Shown one piece after another: positions 33,161-43,738 of a DNA stretch of 64,000 nt. Every line of letters begins with the position of its first letter. Position 1 is the stretch's first letter. The position numbers and the translations under genes were made by a program. Source of the DNA: an uncultured Solirubrobacterales bacterium (lineage in GTDB: Bacteria > Actinomycetota > Thermoleophilia > Solirubrobacterales > Solirubrobacteraceae); the NCBI GenBank assembly GCA_963839105.1, contig CAWITQ010000006.1, positions 434,791-498,790 of the forward strand, in the 5' to 3' direction. Under the pieces are notes generated by a model, which saw nothing but the letters and a program-made list of their open reading frames with translations, had not been told where the DNA came from and did not search any database.

Positions 33161-34086
33161 GGCGAAATGCGCCGGCGCACCCCGCGCCGCGCCCCCACCA
33201 CCCGGTCGACCAGACGCCGCCGGCGCGCCCGCGCCACCAGCGCCGCGGTTCCGAGCCCGCCGCCCACGGCCGCGCCCACCAACCCGCCGAGCGTCTTCAG
33301 CCGCCGCCCGAGCCGGTCGAAGCGCAGGACGTCCCACCCCTCCTCGCGCGCCACTCGGAGCAGCTCCGCGTCCGGGTTGACCGCCACCGGATGGCCCACC
33401 AGCCGCAGCATCGGCAGATCCGAGGCGGAGTCGCTGTACGCGTAGGAGGCCGCCAGGTCGATGCCTTCACGCCGGGCCAGCTGCTCGATCGCGGTCGCCT
33501 TCTCGGCGCCGTAGATGAAGAGTCCGGCGGGCCGGCCGGTGAACACGCCGTCGACCACCTCGGAGAACTGTGACCCAAGGCCGCCGTCCAGCGCCAGCAC
33601 CTGGGCGAGCATGGCGGCGAGCTCGTGTGAGGCGGCGGTGGTGATGTACGCGCGCCGCCCCGCGTCCTGGTGCTGGTGGGCCAGTGCCAGCACCTGCGGG
33701 TAGATCCGCGGCAGGATCCCGCGCAGGACGTTCAGGCCCAGCCGCTCGAGGTCGCGCACCCGGGTGCCCTCGAGCTCGTGCGAGATCCGGTCGCGCAGGG
33801 CGTGGCTCGACTCGTCGCTGGCGCCGCGTAGGCGGAACTGGAGGTTCGCCCAGGCGTCGGAGGCGAGCTGGCGCCGGCTGAGCAGCCCCGCCCGGTAGGC
33901 GGCACGGCCAAACTGGAAGGCCGAGGAGCCCTCCATCAGCGTCCGGTCGAGATCGAAGAACGCGGCGGATCCGCCTGCGGCGGATCCGCTTCGAGTTTCC
34001 CTGGCGGGAAACTCGGAGGCTGGAACCGACCCGCCGGGGGCGGATCTGCCGGCCGCGCCTTCCCCGCGGCTCTGACTAGCCGCCAT
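33157..34086 (-). CDS. HAD-IB family hydrolase (SerB-like)
   Basis: AAFFDLDRTL, AYSDSASDLPML, VNPD motifs; true start may be downstream. Confidence 0.88.
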   Translation of the reverse strand: MAASQSRGEGAAGRSAPGGSVPASEFPARETRSGSAAGGSAAFFDLDRTLMEGSSAFQFGRAAYRAGLLSRRQLASDAWANLQFRLRGASDESSHALRDRISHELEGTRVRDLERLGLNVLRGILPRIYPQVLALAHQHQDAGRRAYITTAASHELAAMLAQVLALDGGLGSQFSEVVDGVFTGRPAGLFIYGAEKATAIEQLARREGIDLAASYAYSDSASDLPMLRLVGHPVAVNPDAELLRVAREEGWDVLRFDRLGRRLKTLGGLVGAAVGGGLGTAALVARARRRRLVDRVVGARRGVRRRISP

Positions 34087-35260
34087 TCACCTCGACGATG
34101 ACCGCGTCACCCTGGCCGCCGCCGGAGCAGATCGCCGCGCACCCGAGGCCCCCGCCGCGCCGGCGCAGCTCCAGCACAAGCGAGCCCAGGATCCGCGCCC
34201 CGGACGCCCCGATCGGATGCCCGAGCGCCACCGCGCCACCGTTCACGTTGACCTTGTCCTCGTCGATCTCGAGCACCCGGATCGAGTTCAGGGTCACCGA
34301 CGCGAACGCCTCGTTGATCTCCCACACGTCGATGTCCTCGGCCTTCAGCCCGGCCTTCTCGAGCGCGATCTTGGCCGCCTTGCTCGGCGTCCGGGCCAGG
34401 TAAGGGAAGTCGTCGGCGACCGCCGCCTGCGCGACGATCGTCGCCAGCACCTGCTTGCCGTTCTTCTTGGCCCACTCGTCACTGGCCAGCACGAGGGCGC
34501 CGCCGCCGTCGTTGACGCCCGGCGAGTTGCCCGCGGTGTGCGAGCCGTCCTTCATGAAGATCGGCGGGAGCTTGGCCAGCGTCTCGAGGCTCGCGTCGCG
34601 GCGCGGCGCCTCGTCGACCTCGACCGTGGTGTCGCCCTTCTTGCCCTTGACCGTGACCGGCACGATCTCCTCGGGCAGCCGCCCCTCGTCGGTCGCCTTG
34701 ACCGCGAGCTGGTGCGAGCGCAGCGCCCAGCGATCCAGATCCGGCCGGGCGAGCTCGAGCTCGGCCGCCACCTCGCTGGCCTCCTGGGCCATGTGCTTGC
34801 CACTGAACGGGTTCGTGAGGCCGTCGTTGATCATCGCGTCGATCGCCTTGGCGTCGCCCATGCGGAAGCCGAAGCGCGCCTCCTTGAGCAGGTAGGGCGC
34901 CTTCGACATCGACTCCATGCCGCCCCCGACCGCGATCTCGAGGTCGCCGGCCCGGACCGCCTGGTCGATCAGCCCGGCGGCGCGAATCCCCGAGGCACAG
35001 ACCTTGTTGATCGTCTCCGAGGAGACCTCCTTGGGGATGCCCGCCTTGATCTGGGCCTGGCGCGAGGGAACCTGCCCCTGACCCGCCTGGAGCACCTGCC
35101 CCATGATCACGTGCTGCACCTGGTCGGGCTCGACCTCGGCGCGCTCGAGCGCGGCCTTGATCGCGGTGGCGCCGAGCTCGGTGGCGTCGAGACTGGCCAG
35201 ACCTCCTCCCAGCTTTCCGATCGGTGTGCGCGCGGCGGACAGGATGACGGTCTTGGGCAT
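34076..35260 (-). CDS. Acetyl-CoA C-acetyltransferase (thiolase)
   Basis: INKVCASG, EINEAF, GHPIGASG, CSGGG motifs. Confidence 0.95.
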   Translation of the reverse strand: MPKTVILSAARTPIGKLGGGLASLDATELGATAIKAALERAEVEPDQVQHVIMGQVLQAGQGQVPSRQAQIKAGIPKEVSSETINKVCASGIRAAGLIDQAVRAGDLEIAVGGGMESMSKAPYLLKEARFGFRMGDAKAIDAMINDGLTNPFSGKHMAQEASEVAAELELARPDLDRWALRSHQLAVKATDEGRLPEEIVPVTVKGKKGDTTVEVDEAPRRDASLETLAKLPPIFMKDGSHTAGNSPGVNDGGGALVLASDEWAKKNGKQVLATIVAQAAVADDFPYLARTPSKAAKIALEKAGLKAEDIDVWEINEAFASVTLNSIRVLEIDEDKVNVNGGAVALGHPIGASGARILGSLVLELRRRGGGLGCAAICSGGGQGDAVIVEVNGG

Positions 35261-35324
35261 GGTCTCTCGCTTCTCTCCGAGGTGGCTGGCCTCTATTTGT
35301 AGCGCCTTGGTAACGTCGCGCGGC

Positions 35325-36745
<1,421 letters not shown>

Positions 36746-36763
<18 letters not shown>

Positions 36764-37189
36764 CAGGACCTGGCGCATCAGCGTCAGGCGGCCCTCGAGC
36801 CGGACCCGGCGCGAGGTCACGAGCTGGAGCGCCGCTCGCCCCCGCGCGTTGATCGGGTTCGGCCAGCCCTTCACCAGCGGCGCCACGAGCAGCGTGATGA
36901 GGTCCGGAAGGGCCCCTTTGATTCGCACGTCCGCGGCCGGGCACGCCCCGTCCTCGACGAGCACGTCGTCCTCGCCGAACACGATCCGGACCGGCGGGTA
37001 GCCGTCCTCGATCGTCAGCTCCACCTCGGCGCGCAGCGAACGTGCCGGCGCGGGGCGCCGGCGCACCCCGCGGTCGACGATGCCGAGGATCGCCGGGGCG
37101 AGGCCGCCCGGGAGCAGCTCGCCCAGCCGGACCTCGGGTGGGTCGGCGCTCACCGGCGGCGGCGTGGTGGCGGCAGGCTCGATCGGCAC
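36746..37189 (-). CDS. SCP2 sterol/lipid-binding-like domain protein
   Basis: ADVRIKG...RVRLEG.L SCP2-like pattern; lipid-metabolism context. Confidence 0.6.
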
Positions 37190-37194
37190 CGACT

Positions 37195-37206
37195 GATCGT
37201 ACGATC
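37195..37206. promoter_or_regulatory. Bidirectional leaderless promoter (palindromic -10)
   Basis: GATCGTACGATC gives TACGAT on both strands, each 6 nt before a start codon (ATG 37212, GTG 37189). Confidence 0.7.
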
Positions 37207-37211
37207 CCGGC

Positions 37212-38358
37212 ATGGACTTCGACCTACCCGATCACCACCAGCTCCTGCGCGCCACCGTGCGCGAGTTCGCCGAGCAGGAGATCGCGCCGGCCGCCGAGGA
37301 GCTCGATCGCACCAAGGCGTTCCCGTACGAGATCGTCCGCCGGCTCGGCGAGCTCGACCTGATGGGGATCCCGTTCCCCGAGGAGTACGGCGGCGCCGGA
37401 GGCGATTCGCTGGCCTACGCGCTCGTGGTCGAGGAGCTCACCCGGGTCGACTCGAGCGTGGCCATCACGCTCTGCGCCCACACCTCGCTCGGCACCCAGC
37501 CGCTCTACCTGTTCGGCTCTGAGGAGCAGAAGCGCGAATGGCTCCCGCGCCTCTGCCGCGGGGAGGTCCTCGGGGCCTTCGGCCTGACCGAGCCCGAGGC
37601 CGGCTCGGATGCCGGCAACACCCAGACCCGCGCCGAGCTCGACGGACGGAGAGTGGGTGATCAACGGCTCCAAGCAGTTCATCACCAACGCCGGTACGGA
37701 CATCTCGGGTCTGGTGGTGATCACCGCGGTCACCGGGCGCTCGAACGGAGACCGCGAGATCTCGAACCTGCTCGTCCCCAACGGCACCCCCGGCTATGAG
37801 CCCGGCCAGCCCTACCGGAAGATGGGCTGGAACGCCTCGGACACCCGGCCGCTGACCTTCACCGATTGCCGGGTGCCCGAGGAGAACCTCGTCGGCCGGC
37901 GGGGCGCCGGCCTGCGCCAGTTCCTCCACGTCCTCGACATCGGCCGGATCGGCGTATCGGCGATGGGCGTCGGCCTCGCCCAGGGCGCGCTCGACCAGGC
38001 GCTCGCCTACGCGCGCGAGCGCCGCGCCTTCGGCAAGCCGATCTCCAAGTACCAGACGATCCAGGCCAAGCTGGCCAACCTCTCAGCCGAGATCGAGGCC
38101 ACCCGCCTGCTCGTCCACAAGGCGGCGTACCTCAAGGATCTCGGCCGGAACTTCACGCTGACCGCGGCCCAGGCGAAGCTCAAGAGCGGCCGGCTGGCCG
38201 TGCACGCCACCGACGAGGCGGTGCAGATCCACGGCGGGTACGGCTACATCGAGGAGTATCCGGTGTGCCGCTTCTACCGCGACGCGAAGATCCTGACCAT
38301 CGGCGAGGGAACGGACGAGGTGCAGGAGATGGTGATCGCGAGGGCGCTCGGGGCGTGA
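37212..38358 (+). CDS. Acyl-CoA dehydrogenase (frameshift near 37645)
   Basis: FGLTEPEAGSD, NGSKQFITN, QIHGGYGY, IGEGT motifs. Confidence 0.95.
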
Positions 38359-38909
38359 TGGCCCGCCGCGCCGCAGCCCTCGGGGTCCTCGCCTGCCTCG
38401 CCGCCGCGGCGGCCGCGGCCGCTCCCGCGGCCTCGGCGCAGAGCGCGCCCGTCGAGACCGCCCGGCTGCAGGGATCGTTCGAGCTCGCCGGCCGCATCAC
38501 GACCGCCGTCAACGTGCTCGGAGAGCGCCGCGGCCAGGCCTTCATCCGGACCTGGACCTTCACGCCGGGGTGCGCGGCCGGCCCCTGCTCCACGGTGACG
38601 CTCACCCGGCCCCGCGCCGGCGGCACCGACACGATGGTGCTGAGCGAGCGACGCCCCGGCCAGTACGCCGGCTCAGGCCAGTTCTACGCGCCGCTGCGCT
38701 GCTCGCGGCGGCTCTACCCGCGCGGCCAGTCGGTGCCCTACACCGTGACCGTCACGATCACCAACGCGATCCTGGCCTCCGACGGCACCGTCGAGGCGGG
38801 CCGGATCAACGCCACCTACGCCAGCCGCGCGCGGTCGAACCTGACCCCGTGCGTCGAGCCGCCGAGCCACGACGCCGCCAGCTATCACGGCCACATCACG
38901 TCGGGCTGA
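38358..38909 (+). CDS. Hypothetical secreted protein
   Basis: TGATG overlap, Ala-rich signal peptide, four Cys in the mature part. Confidence 0.65.
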   Translation: MARRAAALGVLACLAAAAAAAAPAASAQSAPVETARLQGSFELAGRITTAVNVLGERRGQAFIRTWTFTPGCAAGPCSTVTLTRPRAGGTDTMVLSERRPGQYAGSGQFYAPLRCSRRLYPRGQSVPYTVTVTITNAILASDGTVEAGRINATYASRARSNLTPCVEPPSHDAASYHGHITSG

Positions 38910-39348
38910 TGTGAAGCGTGCCGAGCACGTGGTCGAGCCGCAGCAGCTGCGCCCGGCGGTGGACGCGCTGCCCCGAGACGACCACGTAGAGGCAGAACGG
39001 GCGGCCCGCGCTGGTGAAGAAGCGCTGCATCCCCGCCTGCCCGGGCCGCGGGTGAGCCAGGCCCCGGGCGCTGAACGCCGCCGGATCCAGGGGCAGGTCC
39101 AACCCGCGCGGCGCGAACAGCCCGACGCCCGGCTCCAGCCCCGATCCCGGCTCGTACTCGGTAAGGGCCACGAACGAGGCCGGCGCCGGCATCGTCGAGG
39201 TGGCGGCGTCGCCGAACTCGCCGTCCTGGAGGGGAAGCTGGAAGTCGGCCGCGTGCAGGGTGGCGATGTGCTCGGAGCGCCGGAAGACGCGCCCGCTCCA
39301 GCCGCCGGGGAGCTCGATCCTCAGCCCGTGCGCCTCGAGGAGCTTCAT
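38896..39348 (-). CDS. Hypothetical protein, last gene of the mau-like operon
   Basis: ATGA overlap with the upstream gene; MKLLEAHGLRIELP..., 150 aa of normal composition. Confidence 0.7.
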   Translation of the reverse strand: MKLLEAHGLRIELPGGWSGRVFRRSEHIATLHAADFQLPLQDGEFGDAATSTMPAPASFVALTEYEPGSGLEPGVGLFAPRGLDLPLDPAAFSARGLAHPRPGQAGMQRFFTSAGRPFCLYVVVSGQRVHRRAQLLRLDHVLGTLHISPT

Positions 39349-40001
39349 CGGACCGCCAGGACCAGCGCCACCACGCACAGCCCGCCGAGCAGCACCGTCG
39401 AGCTCCACCGCACTCCGGCGCGCCACCGCTCGAGTCCCCGGTGCAGCGCCATCAGCTCCCCGGGCGTCCGCACGCGCGCCGCCGCCAGCGGCGTGAGGCC
39501 GCGGACGGCGCCGAAGCACCCGACGATCACCGCGCCTCCCGCGGGCCCGGCGAGGAAGGCGGCGCCGAGCGCGGCGTACAGGGCCGCGCTCGAGACGATC
39601 GTCGTCACCCCGAGGCCCAGCTGGACTCCGTAACCGAGCCCGTACACCCACCCCCGGTACTCGTCCAACCACCGCTCGTTGACCTGGCGCCGGGGGCCGG
39701 GCACCGCGGGGGCCAGCAGGTCGAGCGCCACCGCCGCCGCCAGCAGCCCCACCACCGCGGCCGGGCGGCCGCCCGCCGGCGTCAAGGCGCTCCCCAGCGC
39801 GCCTAGGACCGCTCCGGCCCCCGCGCCGGCGCCGATCGCCCCGAGCGCGAACGCCGCCACCGTCACCCCCCAGGTCGATCGCCGGCCCCGCTCCCCGAGC
39901 GGGGTGATGCTCGCGAGCATCGACTCGCCTCAGGGCGACCAGGCCGCCCGGACCGCCGCCACCACCGCCGTGGCGGCGCCGAGCAGCACCCACGCGCTCA
40001 G
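39345..40001 (-). CDS. MauF/CcdA-like membrane thiol-redox protein, probable selenoprotein (UGA at 39930-39932)
   Basis: Same frame across TGG TCG CCC TGA GGC GAG TCG ATG = W-S-P-(Sec)-G-E-S-M-L-A-S-I-T-P; RRQVNERW and G..LGLG..T MauF-like motifs; start uncertain (39989 or 40001). Confidence 0.72.
39906..39921 (-). promoter_or_regulatory. Candidate bacterial SECIS hairpin
   Basis: Perfect palindrome GAUGCU-CGCG-AGCAUC starting 9 nt after the in-frame UGA. Confidence 0.55.
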
Positions 40002-40675
40002 CGCTGCACCCCCCCGAGCCCGCCGCCCTGTCCGGCCCCGCGCCCCGGGTACAGGCTGGGATGGCCGGGCCCGATTCCGGCCGCGGCCATGATCTCGTCG
40101 ACGCGCTCGGTTCGCCGCTCCCCGCCCCGGTCGTCCTCGATCGCGTCCGCCACCAGCGAGCTGAGCGCCTCCCACGTCGGGGCCGAGCCCTCGCCGCGAA
40201 CGTCTCCGTCCACGAGCACGAAGTACGGCGACCCGGGGACGGCGTAGTCGCGGAAGGCCTCCGATGACATGACCACGGGCACCCCGGGTGCCACCAGCTC
40301 GCGCAGCCGCCGCGGGCGCTCGCGCTCGGAGCCGTGGGTCACGATCACCGTCTGCACGCCCGGCAGCCGCCGCTCACCCAGCGTCTGCCAGAAGTCCGCG
40401 CAGACGCTGCAACCGGTGCTGAGAAAGGCGAGCAACGTGGGAGCGCTGGCCCGGCCGTCGAAGTCGAGCGCCACCGCGTCGCCGTGGGGGGTCGTCCCTG
40501 CGATCGCGGCCGCCACCTGCGCTCGCGCCCCCGTCGGGGGCGGTACCACGTCCGGCGCCTCGTCCGTCGCCGGCCCCAGCCGGCGCAGGATCTCGGCGTG
40601 GCTGCGGAGCAGCCCGGCCACGAGCACGACGAGCAGGACCAGCAGCACCGTCTCGACCGACACCAGCGCGACCAT
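39998..40675 (-). CDS. MauD/TlpA-like membrane-anchored thioredoxin-fold protein
   Basis: N-terminal TM, FLSTGCSVC (CxxC), YAVPGSPYFVLVD cis-Pro motif. Confidence 0.82.
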   Translation of the reverse strand: MVALVSVETVLLVLLVVLVAGLLRSHAEILRRLGPATDEAPDVVPPPTGARAQVAAAIAGTTPHGDAVALDFDGRASAPTLLAFLSTGCSVCADFWQTLGERRLPGVQTVIVTHGSERERPRRLRELVAPGVPVVMSSEAFRDYAVPGSPYFVLVDGDVRGEGSAPTWEALSSLVADAIEDDRGGERRTERVDEIMAAAGIGPGHPSLYPGRGAGQGGGLGGVQR

Positions 40676-41286
40676 CACACCCCTCCACCGGTGGGGAACT
40701 GCTCGGCCAGGCCCTGCAGGCATCCGGCCTCGTGCGCGCACGTGCGGTCGTCGACCTTGAGCGTGTGGTTGCAGTTCATGCCCGCCACCGTGGCCGGGTT
40801 CTGGCACACGATCAGCCGGCACACCACCTCGGTCGTCCCGTGGATCTGCGTGTTGCACTGCCCGTAGCGGAAGTGGTTGCAGTCGACCGCCCGGTGGTGA
40901 CACGTTCCCTGCGCGCACTGGCAGCCGCCGGGGAACGTCGTGCCCGGGACCCGGTTGCAGTCGATGTAGTAGCGCACGCCCTCGTTGTGACAGAGCCCGT
41001 GGCCCTTGTACGCGGTGCACTTCCACCACCCGGCGATGTAGCTGTTATCCGGGCACGTGTTCCGCCCTTGCTCGATCTCGCAGCAGAACGCCGTGTAGCC
41101 GTCGGTGCACAGGCCGGTCTTGCAGTGCTGGGGACGGATCACCGCCCACGCCGTCCCCGGCCGGACCAGGTAGCGCACCGGCGCCACCGCGAACGCCGCC
41201 CCCGCCACCGCCGTGCGGCTGAGCGCGCGCCGGCGTGACATCCGCCGTCCGAGCGCCAGCACGAGCCGCTCGAGCACGCCGCTCAT
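40675..41286 (-). CDS. Cys-rich Tat-exported protein, distantly MauA (amine dehydrogenase light chain)-like
   Basis: SRRRAL twin-arginine-like signal; 18 Cys; DGY.AFCC, GWWKC, RYYIDCN. Confidence 0.75.
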   Translation of the reverse strand: MSGVLERLVLALGRRMSRRRALSRTAVAGAAFAVAPVRYLVRPGTAWAVIRPQHCKTGLCTDGYTAFCCEIEQGRNTCPDNSYIAGWWKCTAYKGHGLCHNEGVRYYIDCNRVPGTTFPGGCQCAQGTCHHRAVDCNHFRYGQCNTQIHGTTEVVCRLIVCQNPATVAGMNCNHTLKVDDRTCAHEAGCLQGLAEQFPTGGGV

Positions 41287-41804
41287 CGCGCTCGCCACGC
41301 CCCCCAGGCAACCGGAAGCTGCGTGTAGGCGAGCAGCGCCGCGTACGTGCACCCGGCGACGCCGACCGCCAGCACCGGCCGCGCCACCGCCCAGGTGAGC
41401 CCGTGCGGCGGCCACAGCACACCCGCGGCGCACACCAGGGCCAGCGCGCAGCTCAGCACCACGTGCGCCAGGGACACCGGTTCCTCACGCGCATCGCCGT
41501 CAAGACCGTCAAGACCGAAACACCCGCACCCCACACCCCTCCCCCGGAGGGCGGCGCCAGCACTCCCGAACGTAACGTACACCCCGGCCAGGACACCAGC
41601 GGACGCTCGTCCCGGCGCCACCAGCACGGCTACGCCGACCGCCAGCTCCACCGCACACAGCGCCCACACCGTCGGGCGCCGCGCGGGGAGTCCGAGCACG
41701 CCCAGCGCCCGCACGGCCCCCGCCGGCTCCCGCAGCTTCGCCACCGCAGCCACGCACACGAGCGCGGCGGCCATCAGCACGGGTGCGGTCAGGGCCTCGC
41801 TCAA
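41283..41804 (-). CDS. MauE/DoxX family membrane protein
   Basis: AAVAKL...VELAVG...CGCFG MauE signature; TTGA overlap with the meaB stop. Confidence 0.85.
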   Translation of the reverse strand: MSEALTAPVLMAAALVCVAAVAKLREPAGAVRALGVLGLPARRPTVWALCAVELAVGVAVLVAPGRASAGVLAGVYVTFGSAGAALRGRGVGCGCFGLDGLDGDAREEPVSLAHVVLSCALALVCAAGVLWPPHGLTWAVARPVLAVGVAGCTYAALLAYTQLPVAWGAWRAR

Positions 41805-42763
41805 TCGTCCCGCCCCGCGAGCTGGCTTTCGAGGATCGTCGCGGCCGCGCTGGCGGGATCGAGCTCGCGCGAGACGACGCGGTCGAGCAGGCCCTGCACC
41901 TCCGCGTCCTCCTGAATCGAGGCCTCGAGCTCGCGCCGCATCCGGAACGTGGCGATCGCCATCACCTCGCTGAGCAGGTTCCGCCGCCGGCGCTCGGACA
42001 GCGTCCCCTCGGCCTCGATGAACTCGCGGTGCTCGGCCATCTTCTCGGCCAGCTCCTCGATCCCCTCGCCCCGCACCGCCTCGGTCCGGATGATCGGGAC
42101 CCGCCACCCGGTCTTCGGTCCCAGGGAGAGCACACCTCGGATCTCCCTGATCATCGTGTCGGTGAGGGGGTGGTCGGCCTTGTTGACGACGATCATGTCG
42201 GGGATCTCCATCACGCCCGCCTTCAGCGCCTGGATCGAGTCGCCCGAGCCGGGCTGGAGCACGAGCACGACCGTGTCGGCGTGGTCGATGATGTCGACCT
42301 CGGCCTGGCCCACGCCCACGGTCTCGAGCAGGATCACGTCGCGCCCGGAGGCGTCCATGAGCAGCGCGGCCTGAAGCGTCGCCTCGCTGAGTCCTCCCAG
42401 AGCGCCCCGGTTGGCCATCGACCGTATGAACACGCCAGGGTCCAGAAAGTGATCGGTGAGGCGGATTCGATCCCCCAGAAGCGCGCCCTTGGTGAACGGC
42501 GAGGAGGGGTCGATCGAGAGCACCGCCACCGTGCGCTCGCGTGATCGCTCGAGCTTGACGAGGGCGCCGATCAGGGTCGACTTCCCCACCCCCGGCGGGC
42601 CGGTGAACCCGATCATGGCGCCCTTGCCGGTCTTGGGGTAGACCTCGCGGACCAGGTCCCAGCCACGCGGGTCGTCGTTCTCCACGAGCGTGATCGCGCG
42701 GGCCAGCGCGCGCCGGTCGCCGGCGAGGAGACGCTCCGCCAGGCTTTGCTCGGCGCTCGGCAT
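41801..42763 (-). CDS. meaB: Methylmalonyl-CoA mutase-associated GTPase
   Basis: GPPGVGKST, DPSSPFTKGALLGDRIR, ETVGVGQ, NKAD motifs. Confidence 0.95.
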   Translation of the reverse strand: MPSAEQSLAERLLAGDRRALARAITLVENDDPRGWDLVREVYPKTGKGAMIGFTGPPGVGKSTLIGALVKLERSRERTVAVLSIDPSSPFTKGALLGDRIRLTDHFLDPGVFIRSMANRGALGGLSEATLQAALLMDASGRDVILLETVGVGQAEVDIIDHADTVVLVLQPGSGDSIQALKAGVMEIPDMIVVNKADHPLTDTMIREIRGVLSLGPKTGWRVPIIRTEAVRGEGIEELAEKMAEHREFIEAEGTLSERRRRNLLSEVMAIATFRMRRELEASIQEDAEVQGLLDRVVSRELDPASAAATILESQLAGRDD

Positions 42764-42807
42764 CTGGCGAGCAATCATGCCAATCCGCTCCCCCGTACGA
42801 TCTCCTC

Positions 42808-43496
42808 GTGGCCGCGATAACCACGAAGCGCCCGGAGCCGCCGCCCACAATTCCGAAGTTCGTCCGCAGGCGGTCCGCCCCCGCTCCGGGGCGGGCTCTG
42901 GACGTTTCTGCGCTTCGCTCGGCGCCACCGAATGCTCACGCCGGGCTACGCGCTCCTGGCGGTGCGCTGGCTGTGGCTCAAGCTGCGGTGGCGCGGGCGC
43001 CTGAAGACCGACGGGATGTGCTTCGTGTGCCCGGGGGTCAAGTTCGAGATCGGCAAGCACGCCACCGCCCACCTCGGCCGCTGGTCGTGGATCGGCCACG
43101 GGTGCAAGGTCCGCGTCCACGAGGGCGAGCTCTCGATCGGCGCCAAGTCGGTACTCGGCCAGGAGTGCACGATCTCGGCCTACCAGCGCGTGTCGATCGG
43201 CCGCGAGTGCATCATCGCCGACCGCGTGATGATGATCGACTTCGACCACGGGATGGTCGAGGTCGAGCGCCCGATCCGCGAGCAGGGGATCTACAAGCGC
43301 GACGTCGACGTCGGCCACAACGTCTGGATCGGCTACGGGGCGTGCCTGCTGCGCGGCGTCACGGTCGGCGAGCAACGCGGTGATCGGGACGAGCGCGGTG
43401 GTGACCTGCGACGTACCTGAGAACGCCGTGGTGGGCGGGATCCCCGCGCGGGTCATCCGGATGCGGGACGCCCCGAAGAGCTTCCGCTGGGAATGA
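42808..43496 (+). CDS. Hexapeptide-repeat acyltransferase (Rv3034c-like; frameshifted)
   Basis: VHEGELSIG, IDFDH...PIREQGI, VWIG, VVGGIPARVIR. Confidence 0.82.
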
Positions 43497-43619
43497 TGGG
43501 CCGGCCTGCGGCCGGCGTCCAGCTGGATGACACGGGGCGGGCCCGGCCGTCGCGAGGCCGGACGCCGAGCGGGCCCAGCCCCGTGGGCCGGTTGCGCACG
43601 GCATCCATGCCGCGCGCCG

Positions 43620-43738
43620 GCGCCCCCTACTCGCCGACCACTCCTCAGAAGCTGCGACGTCGGCACGCAGGGTGCGTTTTCCGCCCCCTGGCCGCCGACG
43701 TCGACCGCATATCTCGATGATCGGCGAGTAGGGGGCGC
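43620..43738. repeat. Long hairpin / MITE- or REP-like element
   Basis: Perfect 18-bp inverted repeats GCGCCCCCTACTCGCCGA (43620-43637, 43721-43738) with inner CGACGTCGGC/GCCGACGTCG arms. Confidence 0.7.

Noticed and set aside
38896-41804. Calling the cluster a methylamine dehydrogenase operon
   Set aside because: No heavy chain, MauG or amicyanin in the window, and the second TTQ Trp is not evident
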